16,485 nucleotides of DNA from Thermoproteota archaeon (GCA_049700215.1 JBNAVT010000019.1:1-16485), one strand, 5' to 3'. Positions 7,111 to 16,312 are shown, counted from the first letter of the stretch. Program-made: numbers and translations. The notes: generated from the letters alone by a model not told the origin.

Positions 7111-8181
7111 TTGCGAGACAAGAGTAGGCACACGGTTAGGCTCCCGAGGCGCATAATACTGGGGAGAGACGCTGTTGAGGAGCTGGGCTCCAGCGTGAGG
7201 GAGCTCGGGGCTAAGAGGGTAATCGTTTTAACAAGCAAGACCCCGATTAGGCTCTTCGGGGAGAAGATTAGGAGAATACTATCTGAAAGCAGGCTCTTCT
7301 TCAGGCTGAGCCCCGTAGGAGAGGGCGACGCTTTCACGGAGGCCCTGAGGCTTGAGAAGCGTCTAGCCAAGCCGGACAGGAAGCCGGGGGCAAGCGTGGT
7401 CGTCGGCTTCGGAGGAGGGAGGGTTATTGACGCTGGCAAGATACTCGCCTGGAGGAACAGCCTTGAGTTCATAAGCGTCCCCACTGTTCCCTCTCACGAC
7501 GGGATTGCGAGCCCGCTTGCTTCAGCCCCAAGGCGGGGAAGAAGATACTCGTTCAACACGATAATGCCCTCGGTGATAATAGGGGATGTTTCAATCCTCG
7601 CTACAGCTCCGCCAAGGTATTTCGGCGCCGGGGTCGGCGACCTTGTTGCGAAGCATACTGCGGTGAAGGACTGGCGTCTCTCCCACACGCTTCGCGGAGA
7701 ATACTACGGCGAGTATGCTGCAAGCCTTGCTGAGACGATTGCGGAGAGAATAGTTAAATGCGCTGAGACGATCGCTGGGGACAGGGTTGAGGGAGCCAGC
7801 ATACTGGTTGAAGCATTGATACACGCCGGGGTGCTCATAGGCATAGCTGGAAGCAGCAGGCCGTGCAGCGGCTCCGAGCATCTCTTCAGCCACGCGCTCG
7901 ACTATGTTGCGGGCTACCCGGCTCTACACGGCGAGCAGGTTGGAATAGGAACGATAATGATGAGCAAGCTTCACGACGGCGACTGGCTCAGAATAAGGAG
8001 CGCGCTCTCGAAAGTCGGCGCGCCGGTTTCCGCCAGGGGGATAAACGTTTCAGAGAAACAGGTTGTTAAAGCCCTCACCCTCGCCCACACAATAAGGCCT
8101 GAAAGATACACTATACTCGGGGACAGGGGTTTAACGAGGAGGGCTGCGGAGGAGCTTGCGAGAAGCACGATGGTGATATAG
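7111..8181 (+). CDS. egsA: sn-glycerol-1-phosphate dehydrogenase
   Basis: GFGGGRVIDAGK, PTVPSHDGIASP, SRPCSGSEHLFSHALD, LHGEQVG and RPERYTIL motifs. Confidence 0.96.
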   Translation: MRDKSRHTVRLPRRIILGRDAVEELGSSVRELGAKRVIVLTSKTPIRLFGEKIRRILSESRLFFRLSPVGEGDAFTEALRLEKRLAKPDRKPGASVVVGFGGGRVIDAGKILAWRNSLEFISVPTVPSHDGIASPLASAPRRGRRYSFNTIMPSVIIGDVSILATAPPRYFGAGVGDLVAKHTAVKDWRLSHTLRGEYYGEYAASLAETIAERIVKCAETIAGDRVEGASILVEALIHAGVLIGIAGSSRPCSGSEHLFSHALDYVAGYPALHGEQVGIGTIMMSKLHDGDWLRIRSALSKVGAPVSARGINVSEKQVVKALTLAHTIRPERYTILGDRGLTRRAAEELARSTMVI

Positions 8182-8191
8182 GTGTCTAGCC

Positions 8192-8629
8192 GTGGGCATT
8201 TACAGCTACCTCGACCCGTCTGCGAGAAAAGGCATGGTCTTCACCTACATGGGTGAAGCATACGAGTGCGAGGAGTGTGCAGCCAGGGAGAGGTGCCACG
8301 GCTCTCTGGCCGCAGGCTTCTCGTACAGGGTTGTCAGGAAGACGGGCGGCGAGAAGGTTTACTGCAGGCTGAGAGGAGGCGAGGCCGCGCCCTTCGAGCT
8401 AAGCATGGAGCCTCTCACTCTCATCTCACCCGGCAGGGTGAAGGAGGGCGCCTCCACGACGATTAGAAACAGCTTCTGCAAAGCCGGGTGCAGCAGGATC
8501 CTGGAGTGCCCCGTCGTCTTCAACACGCTGGTGTCAAACCGCAGAGTCAGGGTTGTCGAGAAGCTTGGGGCTTTCAACTGCCCCGGGGAGAAACTGGTCC
8601 TGGTTAAGGCTGAGATTGCTGAGGAGTAG
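8192..8629 (+). CDS. UPF0179 family protein
   Basis: F.Y.G...ECEEC.....C..L..G..Y pattern plus a second Cys cluster; the usual neighbour of egsA. Confidence 0.8.
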   Translation: MGIYSYLDPSARKGMVFTYMGEAYECEECAARERCHGSLAAGFSYRVVRKTGGEKVYCRLRGGEAAPFELSMEPLTLISPGRVKEGASTTIRNSFCKAGCSRILECPVVFNTLVSNRRVRVVEKLGAFNCPGEKLVLVKAEIAEE

Positions 8630-9332
8630 CCTGGGCCTCGCCGCTGGGCGCTGCCTCAGGCGCCGTGAAAACATCCGTGAACTCAACGGTTTTAACGTTC
8701 TTAACAATGGTGAAAACGTCTTCTGAAACAGCCTTCTTAACTTGTTGAATCCCCTCTGACAGGAGAATCCGCTGGGGAAGCCTTATCGAAGCCCTGTCCC
8801 CGTTGATCTCGACACCAACCTCCTCGACGGAAACCTCTGGCAGACGCCTGTTAACAAGATGCCTAATCTTCTCAGCGTCATCCTCAATAACCTTGAGTAT
8901 TTTAAACCTGTAGACCAGGGTCCTGCCTGCGAGAGGCGGGTTGAAATCGATATGGACTCTTCCGCTACTCACAGTCCTCACAACGCCAATCCTGTTATCC
9001 ATCTCAACCAGGGTCCCTGGGGCGAGCTCCTGGGGCTTGGAGAACCTTCTCGCAGCATACGTCTTAACCTTACCCGGGTCCCTGAAGCCGTAGGCCTTTT
9101 CAGGAGGTATTTCAACAGTCCTCTCGACGCCGATCTCGCTCTTGAGAAGCTCCTCCTCCCAGCTTTCCAAAACCCATTTCCCACCCAGGTATATCAGCCT
9201 AGGGGAATACTTCTCACCCTCCCTGTATATCGACGCCCTCTTAGCCTCCTCCTCCACAGTGGTCTCTATAATGCTGCCGGTCTCCTTAACGGTTAGAGTA
9301 TAGTCGACGAGCACTAGTGAACCAGGCTCCAT
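8604..9332 (-). CDS. slyD: long-type FKBP peptidyl-prolyl isomerase
   Basis: GSLVLVDYT, IPPEKAYG.RD and IDFNPPLAGRTL motifs plus the archaeal C-terminal extension. Confidence 0.93.
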   Translation of the reverse strand: MEPGSLVLVDYTLTVKETGSIIETTVEEEAKRASIYREGEKYSPRLIYLGGKWVLESWEEELLKSEIGVERTVEIPPEKAYGFRDPGKVKTYAARRFSKPQELAPGTLVEMDNRIGVVRTVSSGRVHIDFNPPLAGRTLVYRFKILKVIEDDAEKIRHLVNRRLPEVSVEEVGVEINGDRASIRLPQRILLSEGIQQVKKAVSEDVFTIVKNVKTVEFTDVFTAPEAAPSGEAQATPQQSQP

Positions 9333-9377
9333 GCTTCAAAAGCCTTTGAAAAGGATGTTTATAAACACTCCCGTTGC

Positions 9378-9914
9378 TTAAAAAGCCTCGTCCGAGGATG
9401 CTAGAGACCTTACTCTCTCAGGCCCGCCGATGCTCACAAGATACTTGTGGACACTAGCGGGGACAAGCTGGCTCCAGTCGACGCCGAGAATAATCCTCCT
9501 CCTTATCTCCGCGCCGGAGTATCTCTCCCTCTCGAGGAAGGGGATGGGCCTAACCTCGTAGCCAGCCTCCTTGAAAAGCCTCCCGGTGAAAGGCTGGTTA
9601 GTGTAGACCAGTTTGAAAGGAGGGCACATGGCTTCGACGAGACGGACCCAGAGGAAGTGCGCGTAAGGAATATCCGGGACCCCGGTTATGACGGTTTTCT
9701 CAAGCCCTATCCCAGCCTCTCCAAGGGCCAGGTGGAGCATTTGAAGCCTCTCGCCGAAGGTGAACGGGTTATCCTTATCGTGGCTCGTCAGAGAGCTGCC
9801 TATCGCGATAAGAATCCTCTCATGGTTTGAAACAATATGTTTTATAGCGTGAACATGACCATGGTGGACAGGCTGGAAACGGCCTATGTAAAGCGGGTAC
9901 GCTTCACCACTCAT
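9378..9914 (-). CDS. nadM: nicotinamide-nucleotide adenylyltransferase
   Basis: GRFQPVHHGH, NPFTFGER and YSGAEIRRRI motifs. Confidence 0.93.
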   Translation of the reverse strand: MSGEAYPLYIGRFQPVHHGHVHAIKHIVSNHERILIAIGSSLTSHDKDNPFTFGERLQMLHLALGEAGIGLEKTVITGVPDIPYAHFLWVRLVEAMCPPFKLVYTNQPFTGRLFKEAGYEVRPIPFLERERYSGAEIRRRIILGVDWSQLVPASVHKYLVSIGGPERVRSLASSDEAF

Positions 9915-9971
9915 TCTGCGGAATGCGGAAACAGCCTTATTGATAAACCTTAGTCCACCGTTGTCGGATAG

Positions 9972-11127
9972 TTAACATTTTATTACTATCCGTTCCATCT
10001 CAGCTTTAAAGGCTTCATCGACGGCTTTCGGGGGCAACGGTAAAGCACCCCACATTGGAAGTTTCATAGCTATGTTCCAAGCGGCTACTAGATGTCTATC
10101 CGCCTGGAAGCCGCACCTCTTGCATTTAAAGATGTGCCCATTCGGCTTATTCAACTCGCCACATATCGGGCACGTTTTAGAGGTGTTTTTAGCTTTAACG
10201 AATTTCGGTTTAAAGCCTCGCTCAATTGATTTATAGGTGATGTAGAACTGTATTCTTCTGAATGGCATGGTATGGAGTCTTCTATTCATTTTTATGCCAT
10301 AGTTTATCCTTTCCCAGTTCCTCCATCACGGGCTGGAGGCTTTCCTCATATACGATTCCAGTTATGGTCTTGGATGCTTTATGGAGTATGTCGCTGGCTC
10401 TCCTTTTCTCTCTTCCAGAGTATTTGGCTAGCAATCTAGCTTTAACGTTTCCTGAAGTTTTGGTTTGGATGCTCCTCCTCTTTTTGAAATATCTGTCTCT
10501 AATGTATTTTACTTTGCTAATATCTATCTTGATGAACTTGACCTTGTTCAGTTTTATGATGGCTAAATCTATGCTCTTTTCGTTAATATCTATTCCGAGA
10601 AGCCCGGAAGATTTCCTTTCTTCAATAACCGTTCTAAAGGTAACATGAAGAAAGTATTTGCTGCCTCTCCTCACTAATCTTGAACCTTTAATGCTCCAAT
10701 CTATGAACTTTTTAGAATGTTCATGTAATTCAAAGGGTATTATGATGTGCCCTTTGTGCGTGGATAGCTTAAGGCTACCCCAGTTGAACCAGAATAAGTG
10801 TGCGTCATCTAAGAGTATTACGTTTAACCTTTCAACGCTTGGAGCTTTCACATTTCTTCTCTTCCTCGATAATCGCCTAAACGATTTAAAAATCCCCAGA
10901 GCTTGCGTTATGGCTGTATAGATGTAATGTGAAGGATAAGAGGGATAACTAGCTCTCAACTCTTTATATATCGCTTCATGCAACCTCTTCCTCGATGTTA
11001 TCCCCATTACAATGGCTTTGTTAAGGCATTCTCTAACAATGTCCTCATATGTTGAGAAGAGCTCTTCTAATATTGCCTTATGCTCTTCATTTGGGTTGAG
11101 CTTGAATTTGCAGGTCTCATTCAGCAA
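9972..11127 (-). pseudogene. tnpB: TnpB RNA-guided endonuclease, frameshifted near 10310-10316
   Basis: RuvC-I LLGIDIN and RuvC-II PVMEEL are in ORF 10282-11160. The protein continues in another frame as ERINYGIKMNRRLH...TSKTCPICG...FKCKRCGFQADRHLVAAWNI. Probable start TTG 11127. Confidence 0.9.
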
Positions 11128-11749
11128 TAAGCTGCTTGACACCTTCAACCACCTTCTCATACTTGTGGCTTAAACCGTAGAGCTTTCCAGCAAAGCTCGA
11201 TACTAAAGCAATTAAGTCTTCAACAAGCTCTTGATTCGCATCTTTAGGCTCTCCACTATTGACAACCTCTATCTTGACATCATGAGATAAGAAGTATTGC
11301 TCTAGGTATTTGAAGCCGAACCTCGTGAGTCTATCCTTGAAAGCTACTAAGACTACACCTACCTCCTTAGCGCGCGCTCAACCATATCAAACAACATGCT
11401 CAGCGATTTCCTATTCTCATTGAGACCACTTGCCACATCATCTAAAACACCAACAACTTCATAGCCTTTTGATTTAGCATATTCTAACAAGTTTTGCTTT
11501 TGCCGCTCTAAATCCCCTTTCTGCTTCTGGTCATGGGATGAAACTCTACAATAGATTATGGCTTTTCTAGAAACATCGACCTTCACTAAGCCCATCAAGC
11601 GCTCAACTTCTTTCAAGGACTCTTCGTCTTCCACCAACAGTCCTAACGACCCTAATCTTCCCCTGTCTATCCCACTTCCTCAAGGTATTTGGATGGATAC
11701 CTAGTCTTTTGCAAGCTTCTTGGAGGGTCAACAACCGCTCTCGCATCAT
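11117..11749 (-). pseudogene. tnpA: IS607 TnpA (MerR-like HTH + serine recombinase), two frameshifts
   Basis: Three frames: MMRERLLTLQEACKRLGIHPNTLRKWDRQGKI...GGRRR; then IYCRVSSHDQKQKGDLERQ...VASGLNENR; then VAFKDRLTRFGF...QELVEDLIALVSSFAGKLYG...LIAE*. Shifts lie at ~11610 and in the GCGCGCGC run at 11370-11377. Confidence 0.92.
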
Positions 11750-11756
11750 ATTAATT

Positions 11757-11782
11757 GATGTTAAGAAGGGATGTTAAGAAGG
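11757..11782. repeat. 13-bp perfect tandem repeat in the IS607 left end
   Basis: GATGTTAAGAAGG x2, between the TTTATATA box (minus strand, ~11785-11792) and the tnpA start. Confidence 0.85.
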
Positions 11783-11807
11783 GTTATATAAAGTAACTAT
11801 TCAGAAA

Positions 11808-12896
11808 CTACTGATGAACCCGACGCTTGAAGCCCACGCCTTCAACCGTGTAGCCCCCAGGGGCGCCAACACTCCCTTCAACCAGGAACCTAACCGGGAG
11901 GAAGAGCTCGACGAGCCTTATCGTCGTCAAAGTGTGGAGAGTAATCTCGCTAGTCTTAAGCTTCGAAACCCCTTCAGCCAGGGCGGCATAGACCACAAGC
12001 TGGTCAGCAAGGTTTCTGTCAACAGGAGCCCCCGTCTCAACCTGTTTAACGAACTCTGAAGCAGCCTCGAGGCCAACTTTTTCAGAAGGCTTACTCCTCT
12101 CACCCAGGCTGCTGGAGGCGAAAACAATATTGTTCTCAAGCGTCCCAAGGATGATTATGCCACACCCCGGGTCGAGGGGAGCATTACTCTCCTCGCCAGT
12201 CAGAAACTCGACCTCGACGCTAGGCTGAACCCCAAGTCTCCTGCTAAGCTCGTTGGAGGCTGAGCGGGCAATCCTTTCAGCAACATGCCTCGGAAGCCGG
12301 GCGCTGTAGACAAGAATCCGGATGTTGCGAAGCCCGGGGAACCCGGTTAGGTTGAAAGCCCTCAGGGCCTCGACGGGCCTGGATCTGAACCTTACGACGC
12401 CCCCGCCCCTAGGGTAGAAGCCCCTGCGCTCAACACTGACTTCGACACGGTAGCCAATTTCAGCGAGGACCCTGGCGAGAACCTCCTTAACATAGTCTAT
12501 CGGGGGCGCCCCAGGATTATTCGTCCCACCCTTGAGGACAAGGCTCGCCCCACGGCTTGAAAACGCTAAAACAGGCATCAAAGCCTGGAGGACCAGCGGC
12601 ACGCTGCCGGCTGTTCCAACGTCAAGAGTAGCCTCGAGAACCTCAATCCCGCCGGGGGTGAAAACAATCTCACTGGAGCCGACTTCAAGGCCCTCAACCC
12701 TTGCCCCGGTTAGGCGGGCGACAGCGTTCACAGCGGCGAAGTGCTGCGGCCTCAAGCCAGGGTTGGAGCGCCTAGCCCTAATGTTGAAAACCCTGATGGG
12801 CCTTCTGAGAAGGGCTGAAAGAGCCACGGCGGTCCTTAAAACCTGGCCGCCGCCCTCGCCCATTGAACCGTCTATCTCAAGAGTCTCAACCATCAC
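11808..12896 (-). CDS. rtcA: RNA 3'-terminal phosphate cyclase
   Basis: IDGSMGEGGGQVLR, NPGLRPQH, TAGS, RGFYPRGGG, LADQL and the catalytic His in TLHTLT. Confidence 0.96.
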   Translation of the reverse strand: MMVETLEIDGSMGEGGGQVLRTAVALSALLRRPIRVFNIRARRSNPGLRPQHFAAVNAVARLTGARVEGLEVGSSEIVFTPGGIEVLEATLDVGTAGSVPLVLQALMPVLAFSSRGASLVLKGGTNNPGAPPIDYVKEVLARVLAEIGYRVEVSVERRGFYPRGGGVVRFRSRPVEALRAFNLTGFPGLRNIRILVYSARLPRHVAERIARSASNELSRRLGVQPSVEVEFLTGEESNAPLDPGCGIIILGTLENNIVFASSSLGERSKPSEKVGLEAASEFVKQVETGAPVDRNLADQLVVYAALAEGVSKLKTSEITLHTLTTIRLVELFLPVRFLVEGSVGAPGGYTVEGVGFKRRVHQ

Positions 12897-12916
12897 TCAG
12901 CGTTAGGCTTACGCGG

Positions 12917-12936
12917 AAGCTTTTCTATAAAAGCTT
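12917..12936. promoter_or_regulatory. palindrome overlapping the divergent rtcA/psmB promoters
   Basis: AAGCTTTT-CTAT-AAAAGCTT, a perfect 8-bp inverted repeat containing TATA-like sequence. Confidence 0.55.
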
Positions 12937-12982
12937 ATTTTCCACCCGGGCTGGTTGAAGAGCGGAGAAAGGTGGTTAGTAA

Positions 12983-13579
12983 ATGGGTGAATACGTGCCT
13001 GGCGCAACCGTCGTAGGGCTCGTCTACCGGGACGGCGTCATACTTGGGGCGGACAGGAGGGCAGCCTACGGAACGTTCATAATAGGAAAGTCTGTTAAGA
13101 AAATATTCCAGATAACTCCGAAAATAGGCCTCGCCTCAGCAGGCTTAATATCAGACGTTCAGACGATAGTCAGGGAGCTCAACTATCATGCTCGAATGTT
13201 CCAGTACAATACTTCCAGGGAGATTACTGCGAAGGCTCTTTCAAAACTATTGTCCAACATTCTTTTCGCGAACAGGCTCTACCCGTTGATAACGCAGACC
13301 ATTATCGGAGGCTTCACGTTCAACACGCACGGCATCTACGTTTTAGACGCGCTCGGCTCAGTCATAGAGGACAAGTATGCTGCATCCGGAAGCGGAACCG
13401 AGGTGGCTCTCGGAATACTGGAGGCGGAGTACAGGGAGGAGATGAGCAGGGAGGAGGCTAAGCAGCTTGCTTTAAAAGCCGTGAGGACGGCGCTGCAGAG
13501 GGACTCGGCGAGCGGAAACGGGATAGACCTGCTTATTCTGGATAAGGCTGGGCCGGCTGAGGAAAACTATCCTGGTTGA
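12983..13579 (+). CDS. psmB: proteasome beta subunit, non-catalytic type (Thr1 replaced by Ala)
   Basis: PGATVVG in place of TGTTTVG, with GADRR, SGSG and RDSASGNG motifs; GGTGG upstream of the start. Confidence 0.93.
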   Translation: MGEYVPGATVVGLVYRDGVILGADRRAAYGTFIIGKSVKKIFQITPKIGLASAGLISDVQTIVRELNYHARMFQYNTSREITAKALSKLLSNILFANRLYPLITQTIIGGFTFNTHGIYVLDALGSVIEDKYAASGSGTEVALGILEAEYREEMSREEAKQLALKAVRTALQRDSASGNGIDLLILDKAGPAEENYPG

Positions 13580-13632
13580 AAACCCGCCGCGAGTTGGGGC
13601 TTAAAACATTTTTAAAAACATTCTAGGCAGGC

Positions 13633-13962
13633 GTGAGCGGGAAGCCTCGTGAAGACGTTAGAAGCATTGCCGAAGCCTACGGGGAGCTCAGGCTCCAGGC
13701 GGAGGAGAACATCAGGAGGATGAGGGAATGCTCGAAAACGCTTTTCAAAGCCTTCATGAAATACGTTGAAGCCAGGAGCAGCGAAGGCGTCGCGGCTCAA
13801 CAGCTTCTGCAAGCCTTCCTGGCGGAGGAGCTTGGCTTAGACGGGGAGCAGCACAGGGCTACGAGGCTCTCCCTAGCGAGAAGATTCTACGCTCTCGCGG
13901 CGGAGCGTTCACGCAGCCGGGGGCAGGTGAGCCTCCTGCAATACTTGGAGAAACAGCCCTAG
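13633..13962 (+). CDS. hypothetical helical protein
   Basis: 109-aa ORF filling the gap between two genes, with host-like codon usage (AGG, GAG) and AAAACATTTTTAAAA just upstream. Confidence 0.65.
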   Translation: MSGKPREDVRSIAEAYGELRLQAEENIRRMRECSKTLFKAFMKYVEARSSEGVAAQQLLQAFLAEELGLDGEQHRATRLSLARRFYALAAERSRSRGQVSLLQYLEKQP

Positions 13963-13984
13963 CTCCCGCATAACCGGGAAACCG

Positions 13985-14719
13985 TTAAAGAGGCTCCAGG
14001 GGCTTAACGTTGCCGTGGACAGGCCTAGGCCTTTCAACCGGGGCGCACCATTTAACAGCGTTCCCAATAACCCTTAGAACATTAGAATCGTAGTACGTGG
14101 GATAGGTCTCGTGGCCCGGCCTAAAATAGAATATTTTGCCGAGGCCCCTGTGGAAGCAGCAGCCGCTCCTGAAAACCTCGCCCCCCTTAAACCAGCTTAT
14201 GAAGACAAGCTCATCCGGCTGGGGAATCTCAAAAGGCTCGCCGTACATCTCCTCATGCTCAATCTCAAAAAAGTCGCCAAGGCCCTCGGCAATAGGGTGG
14301 CCCCCTCCCACAACCCATATTCTCTCCCTCTCACCAGCCTCCCTCCATTTAACGTTGCAGGGAGTACCCATTAGACGCCTGAAAACCTTTGATAAATGGG
14401 CTGAATGAAGCGCGATAAGCCCCATGCCTTCGTCGACAATCCTACGGTAAACCCTTTCGACAACGCTTTCCTCAACCCTGTCGTGAGCCATGTGGCCCCA
14501 CCAGATTAAAACATCAGTATTATTCAAAACATCCTGGGTTAAGCCGTGCTCAGGCTCGCTTAACGTGGCTGTCCCGACTTCAAAACCCTGGCTGCGCAGG
14601 AAACCCGCTATAACACTATGCATCCCATCAGGATAGATCTCAGCAATCCTGGGGTCCTGCTTCTCGTGTAGAAACTCGTTCCAGACGGTTACACGCATCC
14701 TCCTCATAGGCCTCATCAA
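13985..14719 (-). CDS. thuA: ThuA-like trehalose utilisation protein
   Basis: [32 protein letters not shown] and [11 protein letters not shown] motifs. The true start may be one of the downstream ATGs. Confidence 0.92.
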   Translation of the reverse strand: MMRPMRRMRVTVWNEFLHEKQDPRIAEIYPDGMHSVIAGFLRSQGFEVGTATLSEPEHGLTQDVLNNTDVLIWWGHMAHDRVEESVVERVYRRIVDEGMGLIALHSAHLSKVFRRLMGTPCNVKWREAGERERIWVVGGGHPIAEGLGDFFEIEHEEMYGEPFEIPQPDELVFISWFKGGEVFRSGCCFHRGLGKIFYFRPGHETYPTYYDSNVLRVIGNAVKWCAPVERPRPVHGNVKPLEPL

Positions 14720-15099
14720 GCAGCCTGAGGCACGGCTGGAGATAAGTCTTCCCCCGGGCTGGCGTGAAACAGGATGAGGAGGATTAAGCCCTGGGCTTCA
14801 AGTCTGTACCAGACTGCTTGCAAAACATCTTTTTAAGCCGGTAAAACAAGCCCTGCCAGCAGGGTGGAAACAAGGCTGCACGCCCTTCCCGTGGTTAAAC
14901 AAGGCCCCGGGGGAAGGGTGAACGGGGAGAGCCGTTGAGAACCCCTATCCCGGATCCGAGCGTTCCAGAAACCCCTTTCGGAGAAAAGAACCATTATGAA
15001 CCTTTATAAACCGAATTAAAGCCTTTTCAAAGAGATTTCTTGGAAAAAACGTTAAAACGCTTATTAGAAGCCCGCTGCAAGCCTTTATCGCGAACACTA

Positions 15100-16287
15100 A
15101 TGGGGAGAATGAGAATCATCACAGTAAGCCTCCTCCTAGCCGCATTAACAATACTCGCGTTAGCACAGGCCAACCCGGCAGGCCTATTCTTCCCACAGCA
15201 GAGCCTGGAGCCCGTGGAGAATACAGGCCCAACCCTCTCCACGAATAAGGAAAGCTACGTAATAGGGGAAACAGTCGTTTTCTCAGGAGAAGGCTATTCA
15301 CCAGGCGGAAAGTACCAGCTGAACATTACGAAGGAAAGCGAAACCTATGGAACCATAGATTTTGAAGCCACGGTAAACGGTGAAATCCCGGATGGGGTGG
15401 AATGGGATATAGGGGAGGGTATGCCAAGCGGTTTCTATACGGCGACTGTCTATAATGTGACTGACCCTGAAAGCCTTGAAACTTACAAGCAGGAAGTGGC
15501 CAGTGTAGAGTTTGTTGTGAACGCTGCAACCCTGCACACGGATAAGGATGAGTACATTGTTGATGAGACAGTAGTGTTTACAGGAGCCGGCTACACGCCG
15601 GGTGGAACAAGCTACGTGATAGAGATAGAGTTCAATGGAGAAGTCCTCGACCTCGAACCACCGCTTTCCTTCACCTCATCGGAGGATGGTTCAATACCCT
15701 CAGGAGTGGAGTGGGTTATTCCTTTCAATGCTGCGAATGGAACATACGTTGCGAAAGCCTTCAACGCAACCGAGGGTGGAGTAGGAGTTCTACTGGCCTT
15801 AACAGTTTTCCGGGTGAACGCTTCCATGGCGGCCAGGGCTGAGGCAATCTTCCGGGAGCTCAGGGCGCTGAACGCGACGATCAACGCGGATGTCGTGGGG
15901 ATAAACGTCAGCCTGACTCAGAAGGTGAACGTGGTCACGAAGAAAATAGAGCAGTTCACGAAATGGGTTGAGGAGGATAAGAACAATACTGCTGCGAACA
16001 TGCTTAACGCAGCAGTGAACAACCTGAAAGCATTAATCCATCATGTTGAAGCCCAGAGGGGCAAGCACATAGACGAGGAGACTGCGGACCAGCTTATAGC
16101 CCAGGCCAAGGAGCTCATAGAGAAAATGGAGGCAACGATGTCGAGCATGAATACTAAGGGCAAGGGGAAACAGGTTTCAACACAAGCCCGGACGCAGGAG
16201 CAGGAAATGGAGATGGAAATGGAGAGAGAAGGGAGGGGGCAGGGAAACAGCAACGGCAAGGGGAAGGCTAAAGGCAAAAACAAGTAG
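15100..16287 (+). CDS. secreted/cell-surface glycoprotein: signal peptide, two Ig-like repeats, FIMAH-like helical domain, charged tail
   Basis: Signal-like MRIITVSLLLAALTILALAQA; repeats TLSTNKESYVIGETVVFSGEGYSPGG and TLHTDKDEYIVDETVVFTGAGYTPGG; many N-x-S/T sequons; VEAQRGKHIDEETADQLI. Start ATG 15100 or 15109 (the ORF track gives 15040). Confidence 0.8.
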   Translation: MGRMRIITVSLLLAALTILALAQANPAGLFFPQQSLEPVENTGPTLSTNKESYVIGETVVFSGEGYSPGGKYQLNITKESETYGTIDFEATVNGEIPDGVEWDIGEGMPSGFYTATVYNVTDPESLETYKQEVASVEFVVNAATLHTDKDEYIVDETVVFTGAGYTPGGTSYVIEIEFNGEVLDLEPPLSFTSSEDGSIPSGVEWVIPFNAANGTYVAKAFNATEGGVGVLLALTVFRVNASMAARAEAIFRELRALNATINADVVGINVSLTQKVNVVTKKIEQFTKWVEEDKNNTAANMLNAAVNNLKALIHHVEAQRGKHIDEETADQLIAQAKELIEKMEATMSSMNTKGKGKQVSTQARTQEQEMEMEMEREGRGQGNSNGKGKAKGKNK

Positions 16288-16312
16288 CGGGAAACAACCC
16301 CCGTCTTTTTTT
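16287..16312 (+). terminator. hairpin + T7 terminator
   Basis: GCGGG-AAACAACC-CCCGT followed by CTTTTTTT, directly after the stop codon. Confidence 0.65.

Larger units (their letters stand above)
9958..11808 (-). mobile_element. IS607-family insertion sequence (tnpA + tnpB), degenerate
   Basis: Serine-recombinase tnpA overlaps tnpB, and the block is visibly more AT-rich than its flanks. The left end lies at the rtcA stop (G-TTTCTGAA) and the right end at ...ACAACGG. Ends are approximate. Confidence 0.88.

Noticed and set aside
10300-11620. Programmed frameshifting in tnpA/tnpB
   Set aside because: Three separate shifts with apparently missing residues and no canonical slippery heptamer fit decay better.
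14772-14810. Box C/D sRNA starting at ATGAGGA
   Set aside because: No CTGA D or D' boxes at suitable spacing.
1907-16283. Many antisense or alternate-frame ORFs inside housekeeping genes (e.g. 1907-2395, 5766-6272, 6053-6658, 7032-7484, 8859-9296)
   Set aside because: They overlap well-supported genes and have no recognisable motifs.
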